Shown here: positions 1 through 10,725 of the stretch, in pieces
Numbering within the stretch: the stretch's first letter is position 1
Layout of the letters: every line of letters begins with the position of its first letter
Virus record (IMG/VR): IMGVR_UViG_3300035670_000164
Coordinates: 6,356 to 70,355 of that record
Length of the DNA stretch: 64,000 bases
Source: a virus
Strand: one strand, 5' to 3'
Made by a program: the position numbers and the translations under genes
The notes under the pieces: generated by a model
The model's input: the letters and a program-made list of their open reading frames with translations, nothing else
Told to the model about the DNA's origin: nothing
The model's database searches: none

Positions 1-2
1 TT

Positions 3-329
3 AATAGCATATTTATTAACAATAATCTTACACTTTATGTACCTTACCCAGTTGTAGGTCAAGAATTAACTTTAAATTATAAAGCTAGTCCAGTATTAAT
101 AGCAGAATTTGAATTAGATACTGATATGCTTGTAGCTAATCAGTATTTAAATCCATTAATGATGTATGTAACATATCTTGGATTCTTACAGAATGGTGGA
201 AGTAGTATTCCTGAGATTAAATCTTCATTACAATTATATGAAGAAGCTTGTAATTCAATTCTAATGTCAGGTAACTATATTAATCATACTGGATATGATA
301 ATAAATTTGAAGAAAGAGGATTTGTATAA
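3..329 (+). CDS. 3' part of head-tail adaptor protein (N4 gp67-like), truncated by the window start
   Basis: Frame is open from position 3. The C-terminus (YEEACNSI...NKFEERGFV) resembles N4-like adaptor ends, and the gene precedes the tail and portal genes. Confidence 0.65.
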   Translation, partial: NSIFINNNLTLYVPYPVVGQELTLNYKASPVLIAEFELDTDMLVANQYLNPLMMYVTYLGFLQNGGSSIPEIKSSLQLYEEACNSILMSGNYINHTGYDNKFEERGFV

Positions 330-1417
330 TGGCTACATCATCTGAAAATGCTACATTAGCTAATCAATATGCCACACATGCAGAACAAGATGCTGTTGCT
401 GCATTACAGGCATCAGAAGATGCTTATCAAGCTGCTGCTTTAGAGGTATCTTTATATTGGGATTTTGAAACTAACGAATTTAAAGCATATAACACTGATA
501 CAGCTTCTTGGGAAGTAGTTCATGTAGATTCTTTTCAAGGTTCAATAGATGGTGGAACAGTATCAGTTCCAAATCATTTAATTCAAATTAAAAGAGATAC
601 TGCTGGAAATTGGTTTAGTAATAATCCAATATTAGCAATAGGTGAAGTTGGTTTTGAAACAGATACAAAATATTTAAAAGTAGGTAATGGAACATCTGCA
701 TGGAATGATTTATCTTATATTCAAATTCCTAGTGCTAATGTTATTGGATTTGAGAATGTAGATAATACTGCTGATATAGACAAACCAGTATCTACTTTAC
801 AACAAACTGCTATTGATGATTCTTTACAATTAGCTAAAGATTATTCAGATGTATTAAGATTAGAAACATATATTGATAAAGGTGAATATGATGCTTCTGG
901 TGATGTATTTCCTACTACTGCTTTAAGAGGGGATACTTATTTAATTTCTGTAGGTGGAACATTAGGCTCATTAATAGTAGAACAAAAAGATACTCTTAGA
1001 GCATTAATAGATGATCCAGGTCAATCAGAAAGTAATTGGTTAGTTATTCCAGCAAAAGAAAATATAGTTTATCCATATATTGTTAGTGGATTTATATATG
1101 ATAAACCTCAAGAAAATGATTTAGTATTATTACACGTATTTGTTACTAATGTATCTTTTCCACAAGATTTAGTTGGAAGTAAAGTAATTTGTAGAGATGT
1201 GATATTAACAACCTCTACTACTAAAGAATTTAAGTTATATAAAAATTATTTAGAAATTGGTTCAATTAATTTTACAACAGATAATTTAGAAGCAACATAT
1301 ACTTTTAATAATTCAGTATCATTTATTGCTGGGGATACATTACAAATTATGTCTCCAACATCTCAAGACCCAAATTTAAAACATATAGCAATATCACTAT
1401 TAGGAACGAGAACATGA
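329..1417 (+). CDS. tail fibre / tail-associated protein with Mtd_N (hyaluronidase N-terminal-like) motif
   Basis: IQIKRDTAGNWFSNNPILAIGEVGFETDTKYLKVGNGTSAWNDLSY motif; ENVDNTADIDKPVS fibre motif. Confidence 0.75.
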   Translation: MATSSENATLANQYATHAEQDAVAALQASEDAYQAAALEVSLYWDFETNEFKAYNTDTASWEVVHVDSFQGSIDGGTVSVPNHLIQIKRDTAGNWFSNNPILAIGEVGFETDTKYLKVGNGTSAWNDLSYIQIPSANVIGFENVDNTADIDKPVSTLQQTAIDDSLQLAKDYSDVLRLETYIDKGEYDASGDVFPTTALRGDTYLISVGGTLGSLIVEQKDTLRALIDDPGQSESNWLVIPAKENIVYPYIVSGFIYDKPQENDLVLLHVFVTNVSFPQDLVGSKVICRDVILTTSTTKEFKLYKNYLEIGSINFTTDNLEATYTFNNSVSFIAGDTLQIMSPTSQDPNLKHIAISLLGTRT

Positions 1418-1899
1418 AATTTAGTAAAGAATTAAGAGATTCAATGATTGATGCTGCATTCAAAACTTCTGGTTTAGTATTTAATCAATTTGTAATTAGT
1501 TTTTATGGACCTGCTACAGATATAACTACAGTTATTCCTACATTACCTACAGATTTAGCTGTAGCTGGTGGTAATATATTATTAGGAACATTTACTGTAA
1601 ATAATGATGGAACTACTCCATTAACTTGGGAAGCTTCTGTAGATGGTACAGTACAACGTACTGCTAGTGAATCAGTATCTACTACCTGTGTAGCTACAGG
1701 TTATCCTAGATTTTGTAGAATACATTTATTAGCTGATACTGGTGGTAATGCTGCTGATACTACTAAATTAAGAATACAAGGTACTTGTGGTACAGCTATT
1801 ACAAATGATTTTGTATTAGATAATACATTTTATCCAATGACTGCAACACAAACATACTCTTTTGGAAATTTAACTCTTACATTTGGTGCTGGTAGCTAA
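1414..1899 (+). CDS. putative virion structural (tail) protein
   Basis: Thr/Gly-rich, beta-type sequence; translationally coupled within the tail module. Confidence 0.55.
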   Translation: MKFSKELRDSMIDAAFKTSGLVFNQFVISFYGPATDITTVIPTLPTDLAVAGGNILLGTFTVNNDGTTPLTWEASVDGTVQRTASESVSTTCVATGYPRFCRIHLLADTGGNAADTTKLRIQGTCGTAITNDFVLDNTFYPMTATQTYSFGNLTLTFGAGS

Positions 1900-1901
1900 T
1901 A

Positions 1902-2819
1902 ATGTCTTGTTTCTGGACTAATGAAGTTAATACTGAATGCTGGGAAGAAAATATTACTACTATAGGAACTACTTGGATACCTCAACCTAATAGTGGAACT
2001 GGGCTTTGGCGAGGAATTTCTTGTTCTAGTGATAGATCAATTATACTTGCTTGTGGAATATCAATACCATTAAAACTTTCAACAGATTCTGGCATAACAT
2101 GGTTTAATAAAGAAACAAGTCGTCTTTGGACTGATGTTGCTGTATCTTCTGATGGTACTAAATTATTTGCTATAGTAGCAGGAGGTAAAATATATGTATC
2201 AACAGATTCAGGAAATACTTGGGTTGGAAAAGATTCTAATAGAAATTGGTTAGGAATAGCTTGTTCAAGTACAGGACAATATGTAGTTGCTACAGTAAAT
2301 AATGGATATATTTATGTTTCTTCTGATTATGGAAATACTTGGATTCAAAGAGGTAATTCTTTGCAATATTACAAAGTAGCTATATCTTCTGATGGTTCTA
2401 AAATAGTTGCTAGTGTTATAGGTATTCCACAAATTTCATTAGATTATGGAAATACTTGGTCTAATATGAATTTAAGTGGGGATTATAGGACAATATCAAT
2501 ATCTAAAGATGGAACATATATTTTTGTTGGTGGTTATAATGCACAAAAAGGAATTAAAGTTTCATTTACTAATGGAAGTACATGGCAAAGTATTTTTGCA
2601 GCATCTAATGTATATGGAATTGCTTGTTCAGAATTTGGACGATATATAGTTGCAGTAACAAGTCAAGGATTTATTTATGTATCAAAAGATTTTGGAGTTT
2701 CTTGGGAAGAAACTCAAGGGTATACAGGTTACACTTGGGATGGTGTTTGTATGTCAAATTCAGGACAATATTTAGCTTCTCCACGGAATAATTATAATAT
2801 TTATACAAGTGACTATTAA
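1902..2819 (+). CDS. BNR/Asp-box beta-propeller protein, probable receptor-binding tail protein
   Basis: About 6-7 repeats of W-x-x-I-A-C-S-S-D-G ... S-x-D-x-G-x-T-W. Confidence 0.8.
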   Translation: MSCFWTNEVNTECWEENITTIGTTWIPQPNSGTGLWRGISCSSDRSIILACGISIPLKLSTDSGITWFNKETSRLWTDVAVSSDGTKLFAIVAGGKIYVSTDSGNTWVGKDSNRNWLGIACSSTGQYVVATVNNGYIYVSSDYGNTWIQRGNSLQYYKVAISSDGSKIVASVIGIPQISLDYGNTWSNMNLSGDYRTISISKDGTYIFVGGYNAQKGIKVSFTNGSTWQSIFAASNVYGIACSEFGRYIVAVTSQGFIYVSKDFGVSWEETQGYTGYTWDGVCMSNSGQYLASPRNNYNIYTSDY

Positions 2820-4456
2820 TGCCTAATAATACATTAACTAAAATATTTACAGAAGTAACAATACAACCAGAATCTCATCAAGAATATGTACCTGGTTATA
2901 GTTATAAAGCTGATGTATCTCAAACTGAGTTATCAGATTCAGGTAAAATTTATTTAGTTAATCTTCTTAAAAGCCAAGGGTATAAAGTTACTACAGAAAA
3001 TATTAGTAATTATATTTATATCTTTTATAAGGAAGAACCTGGATCAATTACAATAGATGGAAATATTTATCTAACATACATTGGATACAATATCTTTTTT
3101 ACTTATACACCTAAACAAGATGGTTCATTAAGTATTCCTAATCCAGTATATACTACTAATGCTGGTTACTTTACTATTCCACCAGAAGGTAAAACTATTA
3201 ATGTACCTGGACAATGGACTACAGTTACTCCAGATAGTTATTTAACAAATCAATCCTTAATAGGTTGGAATGGTGGAGCTATATCAGAACAATTATTTAA
3301 TACAGGAAGTATTTCATTTTCTATTAAACAAACTTCTGTAGGAATTGTAATAGGTATAAGTGAACAATCAAGTGCAGTGGCAGATGAATACTATTCAAAT
3401 ATCTTATATGGATTCTACTTTAGTAATAATACATATAAGATATTTATTGAAAATTCTTATAAATCTTCTGAAATAGAATTTCAAGAATCTGATGTATTTA
3501 AAATTAATGTACTAACAGATAAAGTTTCTTTATACCAAAACAACACATTAGTTTATACACAATCAATTAATACTAGTAATAAGATATTCTGTGTAGACTG
3601 TAGTATGTACTATAGTGGAGATCAAATAAAGAATATATCTTATGAAGCTTTAACATCTAGTGATGGTATTAGTTATTCTGTAAGTAATATTATTTCACTA
3701 GACTCTTCTACTATTAATACAGCAACAAATATTTTTACTTATACAAATGGGAATACTTTATATACCGTTCAGAATACATCTCAACAATTAATTTTAAATT
3801 TATATAATTTACAAATTATAACTTCTAAAGATAGTATTCTAGTTCTTGGATTAATTCCAGAATATTTAACTATAGAAACTATAGGTTCAGGAACTAATAC
3901 AACAATAATAATTACAGATAATATTACTGGAATAGTAATAGTTCTTTCTAATGTATCTGGAAGTCCTATAATTAATTTTATTGATGGGACTACTTTAACA
4001 ACTATTACTTTAGAATCTATTTTACAAAATAATATTATTGTATATAATTTTGGTGCAGAATCTTATAGTACATTTGTAATAGATGGTAAATCTTATAATA
4101 AGATGTTATCATCTGGAGAAATTAACTTTACTGGTTTAGGACAATCATTAATATCTGCTTCTGGTACTATTGATATTAATGGTAAAGCATTTAAAGATAC
4201 TCTTTCTTATGGTGAAATAACCTTTACAGGTTATAGTAATAAATATCCAATGTCTGCTTCTGGAATATTTACTATTACAGGCATTGGATTAAATAAAAAT
4301 GGTTCTGTATCTAGTGGAATAATGTCTTTTACTGGAAAAGGGTTTGGAGGTGGAATAATCCCATCTATTCCAGCAATTGGTGTAGGACAATTTAATTTTA
4401 CTGGTTGGAGTAGAGAACGATATAAACTTCCTCCACAAATTATGATAAATATGTGA
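2819..4456 (+). CDS. putative tail/structural protein
   Basis: Ser/Thr/Ile/Gly-rich, with C-terminal S-G-x-x-x-F-T-G repeats; lies in the tail module. Confidence 0.5.
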   Translation: MPNNTLTKIFTEVTIQPESHQEYVPGYSYKADVSQTELSDSGKIYLVNLLKSQGYKVTTENISNYIYIFYKEEPGSITIDGNIYLTYIGYNIFFTYTPKQDGSLSIPNPVYTTNAGYFTIPPEGKTINVPGQWTTVTPDSYLTNQSLIGWNGGAISEQLFNTGSISFSIKQTSVGIVIGISEQSSAVADEYYSNILYGFYFSNNTYKIFIENSYKSSEIEFQESDVFKINVLTDKVSLYQNNTLVYTQSINTSNKIFCVDCSMYYSGDQIKNISYEALTSSDGISYSVSNIISLDSSTINTATNIFTYTNGNTLYTVQNTSQQLILNLYNLQIITSKDSILVLGLIPEYLTIETIGSGTNTTIIITDNITGIVIVLSNVSGSPIINFIDGTTLTTITLESILQNNIIVYNFGAESYSTFVIDGKSYNKMLSSGEINFTGLGQSLISASGTIDINGKAFKDTLSYGEITFTGYSNKYPMSASGIFTITGIGLNKNGSVSSGIMSFTGKGFGGGIIPSIPAIGVGQFNFTGWSRERYKLPPQIMINM

Positions 4457-4463
4457 GATATAA

Positions 4464-6704
4464 ATGATAGATTTAGATGAAGTAAAAACTATAAAATTTA
4501 ATGATTGGAAGAATCCACCTAAGTTAGATGATCTAAAGAATGATTTATTATCTGCACAATCAGATCATGACAAACAAGTTGCTAAAATAAATACTTGGTT
4601 AGATAATCTAAATATTACTGGTTCAGCTAAAGTAAATAATGGAAAGAATAGAAGTAATGTTGTACCTAAACTTATTCGTAAACAAGCTGAATGGAGATAT
4701 TCAGCATTAACAGAAGCATTCTTATCTACAGAAGATTTATTTAATACTGACCCAGTTACCTTTGAAGATAGAAAAGCTGCTGTACAGAATGGATTAGTAT
4801 TGAATAATCAATTTAATACAAAACTTAATAAAACTGCTTTAGTAGATGAAGCAGTAAGAACTTTTGTAGATGAAGGAACTCTTATTGGTAGAATTGGTTG
4901 GGAATACCAAGAAGAAATAGTAGAAGAAGTTATTAATGATTATGAATTTATTCCTTCTAATGATCCAGAATATATACAAAAATTACAAGAGTTAATTCAA
5001 GGTAAACAAGATGATCCTATTAACTTTCAACAAACAGTTCCAGAAGAATTTCAACAAGCAGTAGAATTATCTCTACAAAATAATGTTCCTATTTATCCTA
5101 ATCTAATTGGTTCTCATATAGAGAAAAATGTAAAAGTTATTAAGAACCAACCTACAGTTAAAATATGTGAATATCAAGATATTATTATTGATCCTTCTTG
5201 TAGAGGAGATTTAGATAAAGCTAATTTTATTATTTATAAGTTTGAAACATCTTTATCTGAATTAAAGAAAGAAGGTAAGTATTCTAATTTAGAAGCTATT
5301 GAACCAAGTGATGCTTTACCATTACATGATGATTCATATAGGAAGGAATCTTATACATTTCAATTTAAGGATAAACCAAGACAAAAATTAACTGCTTATG
5401 AGTATTGGGGTTATTGGGATATTAATGGTGATGATTTGGTTAAGCCTATTGTTGTTACCTGGATTAATAATACTATTATTAGAATGGAAGAAAACCCATT
5501 CCCTTTTAAAAGTTTACCATTTGAAATAGCACAATACTTACCTGTAAGAAAGAATTGTTATGGTGAACCTGATGGTTCACTATTAGAAGATAACCAAAAG
5601 ATTATTGGAGCTATTACAAGAGGAATGATTGATCTTATGGGTAGAAGTGCTAATGCTCAACAAGGAATTAGTAAAGATGCTTTAGACCCAGTAAACAAAA
5701 AGAAATTTAAATCTGGTGATGATTATGAGTTTAATCCTAATAAACATCCATCAGAAGCTTTCTTTATGCACCAATATCCAGAGATTCCTAAATCTGCTGA
5801 ATATATGATTAACTTTCAAAACTTTGAAGCAGAATCTCTTACAGGAGTTAAAAGTTTTAATCAAGGTGTAAGTAGTCAATCTCTTGGTGATGTAGCTGCT
5901 GGTATTAGAGGAGCATTAGATGCTGCTAGTAAAAGAGAATTAGGAATACTTAGAAGATTAGCAGATTGGTTTATTCGTATTGGTAGAAAGTTTGTAGCAA
6001 TGAATGCTGAATGGCTTTCAGAAGAAGAAGTAATAAGAATTACTAATGAAGAGTTTGTAACCATTAGAAGAGATGATTTAGCTGGTAATATAGATATTAA
6101 ATTAACTATATCTACAGCAGAAGCAGATGAACAAAAAGCTCAAGAATTAAGTTTTATGCTTCAAACTATGGGTAATACAATGCCTCAAGATTTCAGTCAA
6201 ATGATTCTTGTAGAAATTGCTAGACTTAGAAAGATGCCTGATTTAGCTAAGAAGATTGAGAAATATGTTCCTCAACCTGATCCAATGCAACAACAAATGC
6301 AACAATTACAAATGCAATTACTACAAGCTCAAATTGCTGCTGAACAAGCTAAAGCTGCTGAGAATCAAGCACAAGCAATGTTACAACAAGCTCAAGCTCA
6401 AATGTTAGGTTATAAAGCAGAAAATACTAAAGCTCAAACAGATAAAACTAATTTAGATTTTGTAGAACAAGAATCTGGAATAGCACACCAAAGAGCTATA
6501 GAAACTGCTCAAGCACAAGCTCAAGGTAATATGCAATTAGAAGCTCAAAAGCATCAACAAGCTATTGAGAAAGATTTACTTAAACATTCTTTAGATAAAG
6601 ATTTAGAAGCTACTAAAGATGAAATGAACACTAAGAATAAAATGATGGATCATATTTCTTCTATGGAACAGATTAAAGCTAAACCTCAACCAAAAGGTAA
6701 ATAA
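4464..6704 (+). CDS. portal protein (N4 gp59-like)
   Basis: PKLIRKQAEWRYSALTE, GIRGALDAASKRELGILRRLA and a Gln-rich C-terminal barrel. Confidence 0.95.
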   Translation: MIDLDEVKTIKFNDWKNPPKLDDLKNDLLSAQSDHDKQVAKINTWLDNLNITGSAKVNNGKNRSNVVPKLIRKQAEWRYSALTEAFLSTEDLFNTDPVTFEDRKAAVQNGLVLNNQFNTKLNKTALVDEAVRTFVDEGTLIGRIGWEYQEEIVEEVINDYEFIPSNDPEYIQKLQELIQGKQDDPINFQQTVPEEFQQAVELSLQNNVPIYPNLIGSHIEKNVKVIKNQPTVKICEYQDIIIDPSCRGDLDKANFIIYKFETSLSELKKEGKYSNLEAIEPSDALPLHDDSYRKESYTFQFKDKPRQKLTAYEYWGYWDINGDDLVKPIVVTWINNTIIRMEENPFPFKSLPFEIAQYLPVRKNCYGEPDGSLLEDNQKIIGAITRGMIDLMGRSANAQQGISKDALDPVNKKKFKSGDDYEFNPNKHPSEAFFMHQYPEIPKSAEYMINFQNFEAESLTGVKSFNQGVSSQSLGDVAAGIRGALDAASKRELGILRRLADWFIRIGRKFVAMNAEWLSEEEVIRITNEEFVTIRRDDLAGNIDIKLTISTAEADEQKAQELSFMLQTMGNTMPQDFSQMILVEIARLRKMPDLAKKIEKYVPQPDPMQQQMQQLQMQLLQAQIAAEQAKAAENQAQAMLQQAQAQMLGYKAENTKAQTDKTNLDFVEQESGIAHQRAIETAQAQAQGNMQLEAQKHQQAIEKDLLKHSLDKDLEATKDEMNTKNKMMDHISSMEQIKAKPQPKGK

Positions 6705-6705
6705 T

Positions 6706-7167
6706 ATGGATTTAACTAAATGGTATGATAAACAAGCATTACTTAATACTTTATCTGGGTTTGGTTCACAAACAGGTCCAGGAGGAGCTTCTGTACAAGG
6801 AATGTATAATTCTATTACTGATCCATTTAGAATAGCTGCACATGGTAGTAATAAATTACAAGAACTAACTGGTTTACGATCTAATGCAGAAGCACAAAGA
6901 GCTGCAAATCAGATACAACAAGCTTTTACTACAATACCTTTTGTTTCAGAAAACACTAATAATGTATTTAGACAATCTACAAAAGAATATCCAATTACAA
7001 ATTTTATTGGTAATGTAACTCCACAATTACTTGGAGGACAATTATTACTTAAAAGTGGTTTAAAAGGGTTATCTAAACTAGATCACTATAATGCTTTAAA
7101 ACAATCTATAAATAGACAATTCTTTGGAGATTCATTAAATGAAGTATCCAATAATTCTAATAGATAA
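6706..7167 (+). CDS. hypothetical protein
   Basis: 153-aa ORF directly after portal. Confidence 0.6.
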   Translation: MDLTKWYDKQALLNTLSGFGSQTGPGGASVQGMYNSITDPFRIAAHGSNKLQELTGLRSNAEAQRAANQIQQAFTTIPFVSENTNNVFRQSTKEYPITNFIGNVTPQLLGGQLLLKSGLKGLSKLDHYNALKQSINRQFFGDSLNEVSNNSNR

Positions 7168-7196
7168 ATACTTTCACTTAACTAAGGAGAACTTCT

Positions 7197-7253
7197 ATGA
7201 CTAAGAAACCATCTAAACCAATGCCTAAACCAGGTAAATCTAAAAAATGTTAA
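7197..7253 (+). CDS. 18-aa basic micro-ORF (MTKKPSKPMPKPGKSKKC)
   Basis: Strong RBS (TAAGGAGA) just upstream of the ATG; fills an intergenic gap. Confidence 0.5.
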   Translation: MTKKPSKPMPKPGKSKKC

Positions 7254-7271
7254 TTTATTTAGGAATATAAA

Positions 7272-7640
7272 ATGGAAACAAAACAAAGTATTGATAAAAA
7301 AGTAAAACTAAATCTAACCAATTCAGTTGAGAATAATATTACTGCTCATGCTGGTGGAACTCAAGCTGCTGCATTTGCTTTAGATGCAACTAAAACAGTG
7401 CATAATGTAACTGTTGTTGGTACTGCTGCTGATTCAATTAAATTACCTTTAGCTACTGGTTCAGGAATCCAACATTGGATTAAAAACTCTGATGCTGCTG
7501 AATCATTACAATTATTTGGTTCAGGTACAGATACAATTGATGGTATTACAACTGCTACAGGAGTAGCTGTTGGTAATGGTAAATCACGCTTAGTAGTAGA
7601 TATTGCTCCAGGTAAATGGGTTAGTTTACTAGGTGCTTAA
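7272..7640 (+). CDS. putative capsid decoration / structural protein
   Basis: Ala/Gly/Thr-rich, with RBS; lies in the head module. Confidence 0.45.
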   Translation: METKQSIDKKVKLNLTNSVENNITAHAGGTQAAAFALDATKTVHNVTVVGTAADSIKLPLATGSGIQHWIKNSDAAESLQLFGSGTDTIDGITTATGVAVGNGKSRLVVDIAPGKWVSLLGA

Positions 7641-7674
7641 TAAATAATTATATATCTCTTAATGAGGACACACG

Positions 7675-8040
7675 ATGAATGAAATTAAAGAAATGAAAGA
7701 AAAATTAAAATTTGTAAAGAATGAATTAAAAATTAGAGATGCTTTACAAAGATTACTTAAAAATAAAGATTTCAAAACTGTATTTCAAGATGAATACTTT
7801 GAGAAAGAGCCAGTAAGAATTACTATGTTACAAGCTAGTCCACAAATTGATCCTTTAATTAAAGCTCAAATGTTAAATGATTTTCAAGCTATTGGCGCAT
7901 TGGATCAATTCTTTAGACGTATTATGCAAAGAGGTAATCTTGCTGAGATTGAATTACAAAGTATTGTAGAATATTTTGATAATCCAGAAGAATATAAAGA
8001 TTCAGAAGAAGAATTAATTGAATCAGAATTAGAAGGTTAA
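7675..8040 (+). CDS. conserved N4-like head-module protein (gp58-like)
   Basis: ALQRLLKNKDFKTVF..EYF motif and synteny. Confidence 0.65.
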   Translation: MNEIKEMKEKLKFVKNELKIRDALQRLLKNKDFKTVFQDEYFEKEPVRITMLQASPQIDPLIKAQMLNDFQAIGALDQFFRRIMQRGNLAEIELQSIVEYFDNPEEYKDSEEELIESELEG

Positions 8041-8041
8041 T

Positions 8042-9073
8042 ATGAACACTGAACAAGATACTACTATTCAAGAAGAAACTACTCAACAAGAGAAAGATTT
8101 CTTAAATATGTCTGATGATGAGTTTTTACAACAATCTGAAACAGATTCTACTGTTTCTGAATCTAATGAAACAGAAGATGAAAACCAAGAAGAAGAAGAA
8201 GAAGTAAGTGATGAATCTAATGAAGAAGTAGAAGAATCTACTGAATCAGAAGAAATAGATTATAAAGCTGCTTACGAACGTATTCTTGGTCCTATTAAGG
8301 CTAATGGTAAAGAGATTCATGTAAATAATATTGATGATGCTATAACTCTTATGCAAAAAGGAGCAGATTATCATCGTAAAACTACAGAACTTAAACCATT
8401 AAGAAAAGTGTTAGCAACACTTAAACAAAATGATTTACTAGATCAGGATAAACTTAATTATTTAATAGACTTAAATAATAAGAATCCAGATGCTATTAAA
8501 AAATTAATTAAAGATAGTAATTTAGATGTATTTGAAGAAGATTTATCAGAAGTAAATTACAAACCAAATAGTTACCAAGTAGATGATAAAGTAATTGAGT
8601 TAGATGAAGTATTAGATAGTATTCAACATACTCCTCAATTTGAAACTACAGTACAAATTTTAGCTAATCAATTAGATCAAGTTAGTAAAAATACTTTAAG
8701 TGAAAATCCTCAAATAATTCCAGTATTAAATGAACATATTGGTAATGGCATTTATAAAACTATTATGGATGTTGTACAAAATGAAAGAACATTTGGACGA
8801 CTTAATGATGTATCGGATTTAGAAGCATATAGATTAGTTGGTGATTGGATTCAAGCCAATGGTGGTTTTAATACTAATACTAATACTGCTACGCAAGAAC
8901 AACCAGTAAAACAATCCATTAAAGCTAAACCCGTACAAGATAATAAAGAAAAAAAGAAGGCTGCTAGTATTACTAATACTAAGCCAACACCAAAAATTAA
9001 TGTAGATTCTATAGACTTTTTAAATATGTCTGATGAAGAATTTGCTAAACTCGATAAATCATTATTCACATAA
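8042..9073 (+). CDS. scaffold-like protein (N4 gp57-like, often mislabelled tape measure)
   Basis: Acidic N-terminus, IKANGKEI...LMQKGADY, and a FLNMSD(D/E)EF motif at both ends; immediately before the MCP. Confidence 0.85.
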   Translation: MNTEQDTTIQEETTQQEKDFLNMSDDEFLQQSETDSTVSESNETEDENQEEEEEVSDESNEEVEESTESEEIDYKAAYERILGPIKANGKEIHVNNIDDAITLMQKGADYHRKTTELKPLRKVLATLKQNDLLDQDKLNYLIDLNNKNPDAIKKLIKDSNLDVFEEDLSEVNYKPNSYQVDDKVIELDEVLDSIQHTPQFETTVQILANQLDQVSKNTLSENPQIIPVLNEHIGNGIYKTIMDVVQNERTFGRLNDVSDLEAYRLVGDWIQANGGFNTNTNTATQEQPVKQSIKAKPVQDNKEKKKAASITNTKPTPKINVDSIDFLNMSDEEFAKLDKSLFT

Positions 9074-9083
9074 GGAATAAATT

Positions 9084-10571
9084 ATGACACAAGTATACGG
9101 TACTGGAAGTAATTCTTCCATTGGTTCTCAAATTAGAACTGATTACTATGAAAAACAAGCATTAATTGAAGCTGCTAAAGAAGAAGTATTTGGTCCTTTA
9201 GCTTCTACTAAAGAAATGCCTAAAAATATGGGTAAAAAGATTAAACAATACCATTTATTACCTATGTTATCTGATGCAAACATTAACGATCAAGGTATTG
9301 ATGCTAGTGGTGTATCTACCGCTAATGAAGCTACCATTGAACTTCGTCCACCAGATTTAGAAAATACTGGTAATGAATGGGTATCTTTATGGATTGTAGG
9401 TAATGGTACCGATGGTACTGATGCTTTAGGTGCTACTTCATTAGGTTATGCTTCTAATACTGCTGCTCAATTTGCTTCTGCAAGATGGAAAGCATGGAAA
9501 GTATTAACTACTGCTATGGGATTAGATGGTTCTTTAGCTGCTAATGATACTTATGCAGAAGTAAAAGTATTAGCAGAAGCTGCTGGTTGGACTGTTACAG
9601 AAAATACTGCTGTTAGTGGTGCAGGTAACTTATATGGTTCTAGTAGAGATGTTGGGTATATTACGGGTAAATTACCTACATTAACTGAAACTGGTGGTGT
9701 AGTAAACCAAGTAGGTTTTAAACGTATTGAATTAGAAGGTACATTTGCTAAATATGGTTTCTTCTATTCTTGGACTCAAGAATCATTAGACTTTGATTCT
9801 ATGCCAGATTTGTATAGTAAAACTTATACAGAAGCTATTAAAGGTGCATCTGAAATCCAAGAGGATATGATTCAGATTGATTTATTAAATTCTGCTGGTG
9901 TAATTGTTTATGGTGGTACTGCTACATCTAAAGCCACTATTTCAGGTGAAACTGGTTCAGAATCATTATTAAGTTATGATGATTTTGTACGTTTAGGTGT
10001 AACATTAGATAGTAATAGATGTCCTCGTAATACTACTATTGTTAGTGGTAGCCGTATGACTGATACTAAAACTATTCCTGCTGCTAGATTTATGTATTGT
10101 GGTCCAGCATTAGTACCTCAATTAGAGCGTATGGTTGATAACTTTGGAAACCAAGCATTAATTAAAGTACAACATTATGCTGCTGGTACTAATATCATGA
10201 AAAATGAATTAGGTAGTATTGCAGGTTTTAGAATTATTGTATGTCAAGAAATGTTACATTGGGCTGGTGTAGGTGCTACTGTATCTAATAATGCTGGTTA
10301 TCGTTCATCTATTGCTTATGGTCAAACTGCTGAGAAATATGATGTATATCCTTTGTTAGTTGTAGGTGATCAATCATTTACTACTATTAGCTTTAAATCT
10401 GGTGGTCAAGGTAGTAAATTAAATATCCATACTGCTAAACCAGGTAGTCCAGAAAGTTATGCAAATGATAAATACGGTACTACAGGCTTTACTTCAATTC
10501 AATGGTATTATGGATTTATGACACTTAGAAGTGAACGTATTGCTTTAATGCTAACTGTAGCAGAGATTTAA
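9084..10571 (+). CDS. major capsid protein (N4 gp56 family) with a ~100-aa insertion
   Basis: NDQGIDASG...GNLYGSSRDVG..GKLPTLTETGG; YDVYPLLVVGDQSFTTI; SIQWYYGF. Confidence 0.95.
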   Translation: MTQVYGTGSNSSIGSQIRTDYYEKQALIEAAKEEVFGPLASTKEMPKNMGKKIKQYHLLPMLSDANINDQGIDASGVSTANEATIELRPPDLENTGNEWVSLWIVGNGTDGTDALGATSLGYASNTAAQFASARWKAWKVLTTAMGLDGSLAANDTYAEVKVLAEAAGWTVTENTAVSGAGNLYGSSRDVGYITGKLPTLTETGGVVNQVGFKRIELEGTFAKYGFFYSWTQESLDFDSMPDLYSKTYTEAIKGASEIQEDMIQIDLLNSAGVIVYGGTATSKATISGETGSESLLSYDDFVRLGVTLDSNRCPRNTTIVSGSRMTDTKTIPAARFMYCGPALVPQLERMVDNFGNQALIKVQHYAAGTNIMKNELGSIAGFRIIVCQEMLHWAGVGATVSNNAGYRSSIAYGQTAEKYDVYPLLVVGDQSFTTISFKSGGQGSKLNIHTAKPGSPESYANDKYGTTGFTSIQWYYGFMTLRSERIALMLTVAEI

Positions 10572-10587
10572 TTATAAGTACGAGTTC

Positions 10588-10710
10588 TGAGTGCTTCTAA
10601 AATGCACCAGGATTCGTTTTAAGGACATATCGTTTCTAGGTATACAAATAGATAACTTTTTAGCTAACGTTGCTTAGAAACGATTCTCGAATGATTTAGA
10701 GGCATATTTA
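10588..10710. repeat. dispersed bipartite inverted element, copy 1 (others at ~18950-19065, 29840-29950, 39978-40090, 51316-51366, 61545-61661)
   Basis: Arm consensus cATTCTCGtgcaatTTAGAGGCATATTT; inverted arm cores are 75-78 bp apart. Confidence 0.75.
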
Positions 10711-10725
10711 AGAGGTATTTAAAAC

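Noticed and set aside
329-1417. Diversity-generating retroelement suggested by the Mtd_N motif
   Set aside because: No reverse transcriptase and no template/variable repeat pair seen in the window.
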